From contig FR878803.1 in NCBI GenBank assembly GCA_000434395.1, positions 13,172 through 77,171 on the forward strand: a DNA stretch of 64,000 nucleotides. Direction: 5' to 3'. Made by a program: the position numbers and the translations under genes. This document shows, piece by piece, positions 19,967-29,856 of this stretch (positions are counted from its first letter, which is position 1; every line of letters starts with the position of its first letter). The DNA comes from Clostridium sp. CAG:568 (GTDB lineage Bacteria > Bacillota_I > Bacilli_A > RFN20 > CAG-288). Under the pieces are notes generated by a model that saw only the letters and a program-made list of their open reading frames with translations, was not told the DNA's origin and did not search any database.

Positions 19967-20733
19967 TTTTTATCTCCTTTATATATGGAGAAGAACAAAT
20001 TCCTCATATCCGTCTTCAAATAAGGATTACGAGATGTTAAATCAAAGGTAGTTTGAATAACACCGTTATTCAAAAGACACGCCTTTGTAGCCACATCAAA
20101 AATGAAATCTATACTATGTGAAACTATTAAAATTCCTTTCTTAGCTCTCTTAAAGTCGTTTATTACATCGACCAAAGTCTTATAGACCATAATATCCAAT
20201 CCGACTGTAGGCTCATCCAACACCCAAAGATCTGGGTTATGGATGATAGAAGCCATCAATGCCACTTTTTGTTTCATACCATGAGAATACTCACTGATAC
20301 GTCTCTTCATATCAAATTCAGGCATATCAAATTTGATCAGCAACGCCTGATAATTCCTATGGAATACCTCATCGATCATCTGATAAGATGAACCGATGAA
20401 TTTCAAATATTCCTCACCTGTCATCATCTCATAGAGGATAGGTTCAGATGGAACATATCCTAAATTCAATTTAAAATTAATTGGATCTTTATCCAAATCC
20501 AATCCATCCAATTTAACGATTCCGTCATTCTTTGTTTTCAAACCGACAATACAATCCAAGGTAGTTGATTTACCAATACCATTCTTACCAAAAAGACAAT
20601 AGCATTCACCTGGATTAACCATGAATGACAATTCATTTACAACAACACGTTTACCATAGGATTTAACCAATTTCTCGACTTGAAGAATCGGTTCTATTTC
20701 AACTGGATTTTTTTCATTCTTTTCCTCTTCCAT
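19963..20733 (-). CDS. ABC transporter ATP-binding protein
   Basis: Walker A GKNGIGKST, signature SHGMKQKVALMASI, Walker B LWVLDEPTVGLD, H-loop SHS. Confidence 0.8.
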   Translation of the reverse strand: MEEEKNEKNPVEIEPILQVEKLVKSYGKRVVVNELSFMVNPGECYCLFGKNGIGKSTTLDCIVGLKTKNDGIVKLDGLDLDKDPINFKLNLGYVPSEPILYEMMTGEEYLKFIGSSYQMIDEVFHRNYQALLIKFDMPEFDMKRRISEYSHGMKQKVALMASIIHNPDLWVLDEPTVGLDIMVYKTLVDVINDFKRAKKGILIVSHSIDFIFDVATKACLLNNGVIQTTFDLTSRNPYLKTDMRNLFFSIYKGDKK

Positions 20734-20736
20734 AGA

Positions 20737-22137
20737 TCAATCCTCCTTTCTTAAAATACTCTTTATCCAGAGATTAAATGAGTCATCTTCATTTTTAAAA
20801 TAAGACATACTGGAATCACAATTCAAGCAATGAGCCTTAGTTCCAAAGTTATAAACATTCCTACTTCCACATACAGGGCAGACTTCGAATATGTTCTTCA
20901 CTTTAAAGACAAGTCCTAAACTTTTTATTAGATTCATAAGACTAGTTTGATCGTTCTTATAATATGAAGATACAAGAATCTTATTGTAATAATTAGATTT
21001 GTTAGAAGCAGTTATAAAAATAGAATTATCAAATATCTTCTCATCATTCTTCTTTTTAGTTCTAATAGGCTTTAATGATTTTCTATCAACTTTTCTAATC
21101 ATGTGGATTATAGAACTACTCTTCTCACCTTTGTAATCTAAATCAATAATCAACGATAGATCAGCTCCTTCTTTCAATGAGTAAGTCATCTGATCTTTCA
21201 CAAATACGATAGGATTAAATTCTATAAAGCCATCCTTATTCATTTTGAATATTTGTCCATCTAGATCAACACCACATGTGTCCAACAAGTTCAACAGCCT
21301 CAAGACAATAAAGTTGAAATAACTTTTATCCATACAATCAGAAGGATAGTTTTGATTCAAATAATTATCTAAATAAAATTTATAACAGTAAGAATAAAGA
21401 GGGTTATGAATCAAGACATTTGTAGGAATTATGTCTTTCTTAATTTTATAAGGAGAAACAAATTTATAAAATTTGCTAGATTTAATAAACTTAATATATT
21501 TCTTGGCCTTGCCTAGTTTTTCAGTGAAGTCCGGTCTCTTGTCAGGAATATCATAGAATTCTCTATCGATAGGTCCTTTAAATAAAGGTAATTCATTTAA
21601 GAATGAATGAGATGAATAAGTTAAAGAAGGCATTTCATAAGATTCAGCCAGCGAAGAGAAATAATCTTCTTCCATTAAAGAGAAATCATCGATGTCTTCG
21701 CTCAGTAAATCTACTAGTAGACAAATAAACTTGTTTTCATACATAATGACAGAATCTATAGATTCACTAGTATGAACAAATTCAGGGATTTTTTCACCAT
21801 TTTTTTCTTTCCAAAGAGAAATATCTCTCATCGTATCGATAAAACCTTTTTGGTCTAAGCTTGATACTAAATCACTTCTCTTCACCAATCTTTCACTATC
21901 AGTTTTAAAGACAGGCTTTCTAACGATGGATAAGATTCTTTCCAAAACCTTTGTTAAAGAATCTATTTTATCTAAGGCATCTTTGAAATTTAATTCTTCA
22001 TCAGAAGGCAATACATACTGCTTATTCTTTATTAAATCCTTGAGATTCCTAAAATTTGTAGGCTTTGAAAACACGCTCCAAGTCCTGGAGTAGAACGATC
22101 TCAGTACACCAACATTTTTCTTAGTTTTCAAGTCCAT
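20737..22137 (-). CDS. hypothetical protein with a C-terminal C4 zinc ribbon; possible nuclease-like partner of the upstream McrB-like ATPase
   Basis: 466 aa. C-terminus CPVCGSRNVYNFGTKAHCLNCD. Acidic motif EGADLSLIIDLDYKGEK, which could be a PD-(D/E)xK or a Toprim-like DxDxxG motif. Starts 10 nt after the McrB-like gene stop. Confidence 0.35.
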   Translation of the reverse strand: MDLKTKKNVGVLRSFYSRTWSVFSKPTNFRNLKDLIKNKQYVLPSDEELNFKDALDKIDSLTKVLERILSIVRKPVFKTDSERLVKRSDLVSSLDQKGFIDTMRDISLWKEKNGEKIPEFVHTSESIDSVIMYENKFICLLVDLLSEDIDDFSLMEEDYFSSLAESYEMPSLTYSSHSFLNELPLFKGPIDREFYDIPDKRPDFTEKLGKAKKYIKFIKSSKFYKFVSPYKIKKDIIPTNVLIHNPLYSYCYKFYLDNYLNQNYPSDCMDKSYFNFIVLRLLNLLDTCGVDLDGQIFKMNKDGFIEFNPIVFVKDQMTYSLKEGADLSLIIDLDYKGEKSSSIIHMIRKVDRKSLKPIRTKKKNDEKIFDNSIFITASNKSNYYNKILVSSYYKNDQTSLMNLIKSLGLVFKVKNIFEVCPVCGSRNVYNFGTKAHCLNCDSSMSYFKNEDDSFNLWIKSILRKED

Positions 22138-22147
22138 ATAACAAAGA

Positions 22148-23977
22148 TTAAAGCTTTCTCATAAATTTCTTAACTTCACTTCTAGTTAGCATAAAGGAAT
22201 TGACGCCATAAGTATCGTCGATCAAAGACAACAATGAACTCAATCCTTCCTTGACATAATCTTCAAATCTTCCATCCAATTTAGAAATAACTTTTCTAGA
22301 GAACAAGAAATCCAAAGCTTCTTCCTTAGTTCCTCCGAGAGCGACAAATACAGGAACAAAGTTATCGATTTGATTTAAAATACGGTTACCAAATGTGATA
22401 TCGAATGTATCATTTACGAAGTCAGTGATAGTAGAGAATTTTTTATAATCATCTTCACTCATCCTATTCTCCACGGTAGATTTAGCAGTATCAAACTTTT
22501 TGTTTAAATCATCGTAGGAAATCATAATAGGATCAGAATCACCATCGACAACAAAAGGCTCATTTCTTCCATCGAAAGAAATAGTAATAGCACGGTCATA
22601 AACCTTATCAGTAATTGTGTAGGTTGAATCATCTTTATTTGCAGTTCCGATAAACCATGTATTTTCTGGAATATGTAATTCACCATTTATCAAATGCTCA
22701 GGTGCTTCAAACCCATAAGGCAATTGCATAATATGCAAAATCCACTTATCCTTTGGATATTCCAAAATAGAAAGAAAATCAGCAAAATAATATTCGACAC
22801 GAGCAATATTGATTTCATCCAAAACCATAATGTTAACATGATTCGATTGATAGGTCATTTTATATAGTCTTTGAATAAAAGGTGTTTCGTTATAACGCTT
22901 GGAGAAATCGTTATAGTAACCTAGCAATGAAGTTCTATCACGCCATGAAGCCTGAACCGGAGCAAAGAATGAATCTTCTCCGATAAATGTAGAGAAATAA
23001 CGAGCTATTGATGATTTTCCTGTTCCTGACAATCCTTCCAAAATAATCAATCTAGAGACAGAAAGACCAGCTAGGAACGAACGAATCGTTCTTATGTCAA
23101 AATATAATCCTTCTTGTTTAGCTAAATAATTTCTAAATCTATCTGCCATATCCTTCAAAGAAATGCCGTTTTCAGGAATATTTTGAGCAGAAATTGTATC
23201 CAGCGACTCCTTATCTATTGAGCATAATCCAGGAAAAACATATTCTTTGGTTCCAAGAGACACTTCATTTGTAGAACCATTAGCCCCAGCATTGTTAGAA
23301 GAAACACAATTTGTATTTATTTTAGGAAGATCAACACCAAGAATATCAGACAATTCTCCTTGTTCTTCTCTCTTCTTTTCGACTTCTTCGTCTCTTTGTT
23401 CTTCGAAATCATCATATTCTTCGGTTTTAAAGAATCTATAAGGCTTATCGATGTTTCTAAAGTTGATGAAAATAGCACATATTGAAAATATAAACGCTGC
23501 AACAAAGATTCCAATTATCAATGTGAACAATAACACTTCACCTAAAAACTTGAAACTAAGCGTTAGGTTGGTAGCAAAAGTGACTGAATCAGTTCCAATA
23601 GGAAGTTGACAAACAAGTGATATTCCAAGCCATAATGCAGCACAAAGCAAACCGGTTACTATATATGTAATCACCCATTTTCTTGTGTGAATTTTATTGT
23701 CATAGAATTTTGCCATTCTCATTTCAAATATAAATGCTGCAGCAAAAATAAATGCATATATAGCAAACAAATAAATCATAATCCATGCATTGAATGCTGC
23801 ATTTATCATGTTGTTCGATCCAAACAATGATTCAGCCATCATATGTATGGGATTCTTTGAACTGAATATTGAATTCTTAGCATCCAAGCATCCAGCAATA
23901 CAAACAAACAACAAACAATAAAGGAAAACTATTGATATTGCTATCCAATTTTTTCTTGTAATATGAACTTTTTTCAT
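22148..23977 (-). CDS. AAA+ ATPase of the McrB/AAA_5 family fused to an N-terminal 4-5 TM membrane domain
   Basis: N-terminal 190 aa hydrophobic. The cytoplasmic part has Walker A LEGLSGTGKSS, the McrB-type Walker B / sensor VNIMVLDEINIARVEYYFADFLSILE, and FIGTANKDDSTYTITDKVYDRAITISF (McrB-like TxN...D.A.hRRF region). Confidence 0.5.
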   Translation of the reverse strand: MKKVHITRKNWIAISIVFLYCLLFVCIAGCLDAKNSIFSSKNPIHMMAESLFGSNNMINAAFNAWIMIYLFAIYAFIFAAAFIFEMRMAKFYDNKIHTRKWVITYIVTGLLCAALWLGISLVCQLPIGTDSVTFATNLTLSFKFLGEVLLFTLIIGIFVAAFIFSICAIFINFRNIDKPYRFFKTEEYDDFEEQRDEEVEKKREEQGELSDILGVDLPKINTNCVSSNNAGANGSTNEVSLGTKEYVFPGLCSIDKESLDTISAQNIPENGISLKDMADRFRNYLAKQEGLYFDIRTIRSFLAGLSVSRLIILEGLSGTGKSSIARYFSTFIGEDSFFAPVQASWRDRTSLLGYYNDFSKRYNETPFIQRLYKMTYQSNHVNIMVLDEINIARVEYYFADFLSILEYPKDKWILHIMQLPYGFEAPEHLINGELHIPENTWFIGTANKDDSTYTITDKVYDRAITISFDGRNEPFVVDGDSDPIMISYDDLNKKFDTAKSTVENRMSEDDYKKFSTITDFVNDTFDITFGNRILNQIDNFVPVFVALGGTKEEALDFLFSRKVISKLDGRFEDYVKEGLSSLLSLIDDTYGVNSFMLTRSEVKKFMRKL

Positions 23978-24045
23978 GTTTTATATTCTCCTATCTTTAG
24001 ACAAACTTACAAACACTAGCGATTTATTTAGAATTATAATCAAAC

Positions 24046-25047
24046 CTAAGAACCATCACTAGAAACCTCAGATTTAGATTTATCTTCACCCATATCAGTC
24101 TCATCATCAACTTTCTTTTTTTCGATAAGCTTGTCATTTGCAAATAAATACGATTCACCTTTGAACACAAGTTTTTCATATGATGTCTGTTCGACATCTT
24201 CACTGCTGTCATACTCCGCTGAAAATGGTAATGTGTTTAATAAGAAATCAGTTTTTTTAGAAATGGATTTTTGATATTTATCGCTATAGTATTCATACAT
24301 ACCAAAGCAATATAAGACACAGAAAATAGTAATAATTCCAGAATTGCTTTGAAGGAACACTATGAACGCTCCAACTCCTTGAATTCTAAAGTTTGTGTAA
24401 TAACCTACAATGCGATCATAAGAAAGCGATTCTTTATATTGAGATCCGACATCAGAAGCATTATTAGAGTCACCTTGAGTTATGAATGTTTTGGTGCCAT
24501 CATTTTCTTTAATTTCGATAACACGGTGAACAATCACAATATTTTCATCGTTTCTATAAGCTACAACATCATAGAGCTTCACTTGATCAACATCTTTGTA
24601 CTTTTGAATTTGAATAATGTCATACGTGTTGAATTGATTATTCAAATTATTAGTTTTCAAATACGTATTTGCCTCATTTTGTTGACTCATAGATCCAGAA
24701 CCTATGACCACCATCGCCTTATCTCCAATCATAGTCACACCAGATGTAAATCTGTTAACCAAGGAATAAATGAAGAAAGCAGCAACAACTCCAAGAATCA
24801 AATAGGAAATAACCTTTCCGACAATTCTCATTGCTTTTCTTCTCTTGCTTTTTTCAAGTTTGGTTTCTTCAATTACATTGTCTAAGAGATACAAATCATC
24901 TTCGCCATTCTCTATGGTATGAATTTGAGATAAAAAATAATGTCTAAATAAAAATGTAAAAACCAATGAAAATGATAGAAGACAAACTATAGTTACAATC
25001 AAAGAAATAATTTCTAGTGTTTGCATTAATATATCCCTAAGCGGCAA
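24046..25047 (-). CDS. SipW-like (ER/archaeal-type, S26B) signal peptidase I with a C-terminal extension
   Basis: Nucleophile box VVIGSGSMSQ, His box IVHRVIEI (a Ser/His dyad rather than Ser/Lys), GDNN-type box ITQGDSNNASD. The catalytic domain is flanked by TM segments. Confidence 0.65.
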   Translation of the reverse strand: MPLRDILMQTLEIISLIVTIVCLLSFSLVFTFLFRHYFLSQIHTIENGEDDLYLLDNVIEETKLEKSKRRKAMRIVGKVISYLILGVVAAFFIYSLVNRFTSGVTMIGDKAMVVIGSGSMSQQNEANTYLKTNNLNNQFNTYDIIQIQKYKDVDQVKLYDVVAYRNDENIVIVHRVIEIKENDGTKTFITQGDSNNASDVGSQYKESLSYDRIVGYYTNFRIQGVGAFIVFLQSNSGIITIFCVLYCFGMYEYYSDKYQKSISKKTDFLLNTLPFSAEYDSSEDVEQTSYEKLVFKGESYLFANDKLIEKKKVDDETDMGEDKSKSEVSSDGS

Positions 25048-25192
25048 TTTATTTTAACATAATGGAAATATATATAAATAGGTTATTACTTATTCCTTAT
25101 TAATGTATGGGATTTAAAATACTCATTGATATAATTTTATTAAATAAGAATTAAAATTATGAGGGTGATAATAGATTCTTGAAAATAGTGAT

Positions 25193-26125
25193 ATGATTTC
25201 AAATATGAATAAATATCAGATAAGCAAAAGCCCTACTTTAGAGAGATTGAATTTAGGAAACTCAATAGAAGGGTTGAAGAATAAAGAAAGTGGACAAAGA
25301 ATTTGGGAAATTGATTTTTTACGTGGCTTTTTCTTCTTCGGAGTTATTCTCTATCATTTTGCTTGGGACTTTACTTTCTTTCCAACTCTTTTCTCCAACT
25401 GGTACGAGATGTCTTCAATTTATGTCGGCCTAAATAGCTTGTCTAGAATTTGTAACGAAATTCTAAGAAAAGACTATATGATATATTTTGTAAATTTCTT
25501 TTCTGGTGGGTTCTTATTTATAACTGGTGTATCGTGTTCTTTGTCACATTCCAATTTATTAAGGTCTATAAAAATTTCATTAGTTGCTTTATTAATTACT
25601 TTAGTAACATATCTAGGTTCAATTACAACAGGTGATGATATGACAATCATATTCGGCATCCTACATTGTATGGGTCTATCATTATTAATTTATTCCATAT
25701 TTGAACTGATATGCAAATACATAAAAATCAAGATATCACCTTGGGTTCTATTAATAATTGGACTGGGAATGACTGGATATGGAATGTATATAGAATATGC
25801 AACAGTTTATAGAGTCTATTCGACCGCTATGTTAACCCCATCAATTTTTATGAAAGTAGTATTGGGATTTGCCTATACATACAACGATGACTTCGGTCTT
25901 TTACCGAATATGGGGAAAATATTAGTCGGTATTGCAATTGGAAAATGGCTATATGATGGTAAGAGAGGCAAAAAATCCGTCTTACCAAAGTTAGATGGAA
26001 AATGGAATAAACCTGTTTGCTTAATTGGAAGACATACATTCTTAGTCTATATTATTCATCAACCTATAATTTGGATTGTTGTGATTTCGATTTTATTTGC
26101 TCTCGGTTATAGAATAAGTATTTGA
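25193..26125 (+). CDS. DUF1624 / HGSNAT-like acyltransferase-family polytopic membrane protein
   Basis: Motif WEIDFLRGFFFFGVILYHFAWDF plus about 9 more TM segments. Confidence 0.55.
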   Translation: MISNMNKYQISKSPTLERLNLGNSIEGLKNKESGQRIWEIDFLRGFFFFGVILYHFAWDFTFFPTLFSNWYEMSSIYVGLNSLSRICNEILRKDYMIYFVNFFSGGFLFITGVSCSLSHSNLLRSIKISLVALLITLVTYLGSITTGDDMTIIFGILHCMGLSLLIYSIFELICKYIKIKISPWVLLIIGLGMTGYGMYIEYATVYRVYSTAMLTPSIFMKVVLGFAYTYNDDFGLLPNMGKILVGIAIGKWLYDGKRGKKSVLPKLDGKWNKPVCLIGRHTFLVYIIHQPIIWIVVISILFALGYRISI

Positions 26126-26195
26126 TAAATAAGATACAATCTAGATACTATCTATATATAATAAATGAAATTTTTCGAACGAAGAGGAAAAAGGT

Positions 26196-27794
26196 ATGGC
26201 ATTTGAAAACACTGTATGGGGAAGAATCGCACTAATTAGTACGCGTCATCACGGAGTAGCTTTGAGATTTAGAGGAAAAGAGTTTTCCTATGATTATTTG
26301 AAAGATCAAGTTGATAAATATGCATCTCGTCTCTATAACCTAGGTATAAGAAAGGATGATGTAGTTTGCATTGCTGCTCCTAATATTCCAAGCTCAATCT
26401 TTGCAATGTATGCTGTGAATAGTATTGGTGCAATAAATTTTATAGTTCATCCTTTAATCCCTGCTAAAGCTTTGGAAGAAGATTTAAAAAAGACCAAAGC
26501 AAAATTATTACTTGTATTAGACCAACGATACTCAATTTACAAAGGTATTAAACAATGCCCTATTTATACAATAAGTCCAAAGAATGAATTAAGTCCAATC
26601 GAAGATTTCTTCTATCCAATAGCCTATGCATCAAAACTAAAAGGAAGCAAAGGCCATGATTTAACCTCAGTTCCTTTCACAAAAGAGCCAATCGAAAGGA
26701 ACACTGATGAATATAAACCCTCTTTCTATTTACAAAGTGGTGGAACAACAGGAAAAAATAAAATCGTCGTATTAAATGATAGAGCAGTAAACTATCAAGG
26801 AGAAAATGTAGCTTGGATCTTAGGTGATCAATATAGGTATTGCAAAGGATCTGGAATGCTTGGGTTCTTGCCTATGTTCCATGGCTTTGGTTTAGCAATG
26901 GGTGTTCACGCACCTTTGACCAACTATGCAACCTCAGACTTAATGGCTACATATAATGAGAAAGAAATAGGAAAGCTTATTAAGGCTAGAAAACTTCGAT
27001 ATTTAATAGTAGTTCCTTATTTAGCTAAAAGAATGCTAAAAGGAAAAACATTAAATGATCCTAGCGTCTCAAATCTAACCCATGCGTTCATCGGTGCAGA
27101 TAAGACTAACCCGACAGTATTTACTGAATTTGATTCCATCATGGAAAAGAACAATTCAAAATGTAGATTATTGGAAGGTTATGGTTTAACTGAAACAGTC
27201 ACAGTGGTTGTAGTAAATAGAACTTTTGATAGAAAACCCGGCTCCGTCGGTAAGCCATTCCCAGATGTCAAACTTAAAGTGATTGACGAAAATGGTAACA
27301 CATTAAGCACAAATCAAAGCGGTCAAATTTGTATTTCAGCCCCTTGCTTAGCATTAGGTTATTTAAACGACAAAGAAGCAACTGATAAAACCTTTGTAAC
27401 TGATGAAAATGGAATTAGATGGGTTTTAACAGGCGACGAAGGTTATATCGATGAGGATGGATTCTTATTCATCAAAGGAAGAATTAAAGATATGTTCAAA
27501 ATCGCTGGATTCAATATATTCCCAGCCGATATAGAAGACATGACCAATAAGATTGAAGGTGTTGAAAATTGTGCTGCTGTATATATAGATAACCCCAATC
27601 ATCCATATGTACACTTGTTCATAAAGTCAGATTCTAAAAATATTGACACCAGTGAATTAGTAAAAAGAGTAAGAAGAATTTTGTCTGATGAATTGATCAA
27701 ATACGCAGTTCCTGAAAAGATAACAGTCATCGACAATTTGCCTCTTACAAATGTAGGAAAAATCGATAAGAAGAAATTAATTGAACTAGACTAA
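26196..27794 (+). CDS. AMP-dependent synthetase/ligase (fatty-acyl-CoA synthetase-like)
   Basis: AMP-binding motif YLQSGGTTGKNK, GYGLTE, TGDEGYIDEDGFLFIKGRIKD, terminal GKIDKKKL. RBS AGAGGAAAAAGG upstream of the ATG. Confidence 0.8.
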   Translation: MAFENTVWGRIALISTRHHGVALRFRGKEFSYDYLKDQVDKYASRLYNLGIRKDDVVCIAAPNIPSSIFAMYAVNSIGAINFIVHPLIPAKALEEDLKKTKAKLLLVLDQRYSIYKGIKQCPIYTISPKNELSPIEDFFYPIAYASKLKGSKGHDLTSVPFTKEPIERNTDEYKPSFYLQSGGTTGKNKIVVLNDRAVNYQGENVAWILGDQYRYCKGSGMLGFLPMFHGFGLAMGVHAPLTNYATSDLMATYNEKEIGKLIKARKLRYLIVVPYLAKRMLKGKTLNDPSVSNLTHAFIGADKTNPTVFTEFDSIMEKNNSKCRLLEGYGLTETVTVVVVNRTFDRKPGSVGKPFPDVKLKVIDENGNTLSTNQSGQICISAPCLALGYLNDKEATDKTFVTDENGIRWVLTGDEGYIDEDGFLFIKGRIKDMFKIAGFNIFPADIEDMTNKIEGVENCAAVYIDNPNHPYVHLFIKSDSKNIDTSELVKRVRRILSDELIKYAVPEKITVIDNLPLTNVGKIDKKKLIELD

Positions 27795-27830
27795 AAAACA
27801 CCATCGGTTAAACCCTTTGGTGTTTTTTTC
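27793..27830. terminator. bidirectional intrinsic terminator between the convergent acyl-CoA synthetase gene and the 316-aa ORF
   Basis: Stem AAACACCA/TGGTGTTT flanked by an A-run on one side and a T-run on the other. Confidence 0.55.
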
Positions 27831-27846
27831 ATTCATCGATCAATTG

Positions 27847-28797
27847 TTATTTTATTTCTATGGTCACGTTGAGACACTCATCAAATACATCCATTATTCC
27901 ATGATTGTCTATAGACTTGTCCTTTATAAAATCATCCAAGAAATCAAATCTTTTATATTCTTTTCCGTCCATCATCAATACGATATCGTCTTGATCGACG
28001 TCAGAATATAAGAATTTAATACTGTACAAATGATTTTTATAATTGAATGTAATCTGATGGCCAAAAGAAATAAAGATTGGTAAGAATTCTTTAATTTCTT
28101 TCCCATCTTTATAGGCTAAAGTCTTAGCTAAAAAATTAGGATTGACTTCAAACTTATCATCATTTCTTGGTGAAAACCATTCAAAATGAGGATAGACACT
28201 CTTCCAATAAGATAGACCAAATCTGAGCATTATCGTCTGAGTCATGTGACTAGCACCGAACAACCATGAAGCTGCATAATTATATCCGTCATTATTTGCG
28301 GCTGAGCTCTTCTCAAATTCCTTAAAGAAATAAGTTCTATATCCATCCATGAAATGATAAAACCATGGATTCATTATCTCTTTTCCATGATCATCCAAAA
28401 TAGGTTTAAAAGTAGTTACAAGCTCATCAAGATATCTATCAGGTTTATATAACATTGAAAACATCTTAAAAGTCCAGTAAAGAAGATAATAAGCTGTAGA
28501 AGATTCTTTATCCAAACATCTGTTGATATAGTCAGACTTATCGATTATTAAATCATTAAGCTCCGGATAAGAGATCGATTCATCTTTTATAAATTTAACA
28601 ACAGTCGAATAGCCAAACTCCGATTCGACTATATCTTTCCCAGTCGACAAAAACAAATCATGAATTAGCTTATCATTAGCTGCTTTAGATCCATCAGGAG
28701 AAGCAACCTTCATATCTTTTAAAACATTGCTAAATTTGGAATCATTTTTTGATTCCAATATATCTAATATAACTTGATATATGTTTCTATAATCCAT
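27847..28797 (-). CDS. hypothetical cytoplasmic protein
   Basis: 316 aa with no recognisable motif. 5 nt downstream of plsC in the same operon. Confidence 0.4.
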   Translation of the reverse strand: MDYRNIYQVILDILESKNDSKFSNVLKDMKVASPDGSKAANDKLIHDLFLSTGKDIVESEFGYSTVVKFIKDESISYPELNDLIIDKSDYINRCLDKESSTAYYLLYWTFKMFSMLYKPDRYLDELVTTFKPILDDHGKEIMNPWFYHFMDGYRTYFFKEFEKSSAANNDGYNYAASWLFGASHMTQTIMLRFGLSYWKSVYPHFEWFSPRNDDKFEVNPNFLAKTLAYKDGKEIKEFLPIFISFGHQITFNYKNHLYSIKFLYSDVDQDDIVLMMDGKEYKRFDFLDDFIKDKSIDNHGIMDVFDECLNVTIEIK

Positions 28798-28802
28798 AGC
28801 TA

Positions 28803-29837
28803 TTATTTAGAAGAAGATTCTTGTTTTCTCTTCTCCTCTTCTAAGCGCCCTTGCTCTTTGAATTTTTCGACCAATTGATTTCTTTCCTCACGCATTTCTT
28901 GAATCTTAGCTTTTTGCTCTTTAGTTATTTTAGGTTTAGAATTTTTAGGTTGAAGAGGATGCGTCTTTCTCCACTCTTTAATACGAGGCTTTTCTTCCTT
29001 CTTTTGTGCTTTGCGCTCCTTCAAATAAGCCTTGTACCAAGCCTTGGATTCTTTCTTATAAATCTTGACATTCTCAGGTCTATTCCAATATTCCTCTAAT
29101 TTAGGTTGCTCTTCTCTTTGACGAGAAACTTCTTCATCGACTCTCGACTGAACTAATTGAGCTATTTGAAGAGGTTTCAAGTCTTTATACTCGTCATAAA
29201 AAATAGGCTTCAAATACGATATCTGAATAGGATATACTTTTTTATCCTTAGATTTGAAATCTAACAAGGTATAAGTTCCAAAAAGGGCGATTGGAACAAT
29301 CGGAGCTTTGGATGTTTGGGCGACTCTAAAAGCACCTGAGTGAAATTCACTCAATGTATGATGAACAACATCTGGAGTCCTAGTCCCTTCAGGCCAAATG
29401 AAATAAGACATGTCTGGATTAGCAACTAATTTTTTCCCAATACTATTTATCGTTCTCAATTCTGAAAGAGGAAAACCTCTATTGATGTAATCACCACTGA
29501 CAGATCTCAATACACCATCTATGACTGGCATTCTAGAAACATCGAGTTTAGCTAAAAGTCCTGCTGGTTTCTTATTTACCATCAACATAGAAACACAATC
29601 CCAATCTGATTGATGATTTGGGCAGAACAATACTCTTCCTTCATGTAAATTCTCTTCACCCTTGATAATGTATTTAATTCTAAATGGTTTATAAAGTGAA
29701 AGGGCAGCTTCCCTACATAAATTGTATCTGACGTCCAAAGGTGCCTTCTCCGGATGGTTTGCATAAGCATAAATCTTAGGGCTTTTTGTTGCTACTCTAA
29801 ATATAAACGGCCAAACAAGTCTCATTACACTAGGCAT
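28803..29837 (-). CDS. plsC: 1-acyl-sn-glycerol-3-phosphate acyltransferase (PlsC family) with a long Lys/Glu-rich C-terminal tail
   Basis: HxxxxD box CPNHQSDWD, FIWPEGTRTPD box. C-terminal ~95 aa low-complexity tail KEEKPRIKEWRK...EEKRKQESSSK. Confidence 0.75.
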   Translation of the reverse strand: MPSVMRLVWPFIFRVATKSPKIYAYANHPEKAPLDVRYNLCREAALSLYKPFRIKYIIKGEENLHEGRVLFCPNHQSDWDCVSMLMVNKKPAGLLAKLDVSRMPVIDGVLRSVSGDYINRGFPLSELRTINSIGKKLVANPDMSYFIWPEGTRTPDVVHHTLSEFHSGAFRVAQTSKAPIVPIALFGTYTLLDFKSKDKKVYPIQISYLKPIFYDEYKDLKPLQIAQLVQSRVDEEVSRQREEQPKLEEYWNRPENVKIYKKESKAWYKAYLKERKAQKKEEKPRIKEWRKTHPLQPKNSKPKITKEQKAKIQEMREERNQLVEKFKEQGRLEEEKRKQESSSK

Positions 29838-29856
29838 ATTTCAATCCTCCTCTTGT

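Noticed and set aside
20737-22137. 466-aa zinc-ribbon protein as a displaced Toprim JetD
   Set aside because: IIDLDYKG superficially resembles a Toprim DxDxxG. No upstream catalytic Glu at Toprim spacing could be identified. The gene lies 9 kb away inside another operon, directly coupled to the McrB-like ATPase.
24349-24885. 178-aa + strand ORF inside the SipW-like gene, and similar antisense ORFs (e.g. 6647-6841, 7236-7717, 16456-16677, 23247-23441, 36342-36584)
   Set aside because: All lie antisense within well-supported longer genes, are low-complexity and lack an RBS. They are shadow ORFs.
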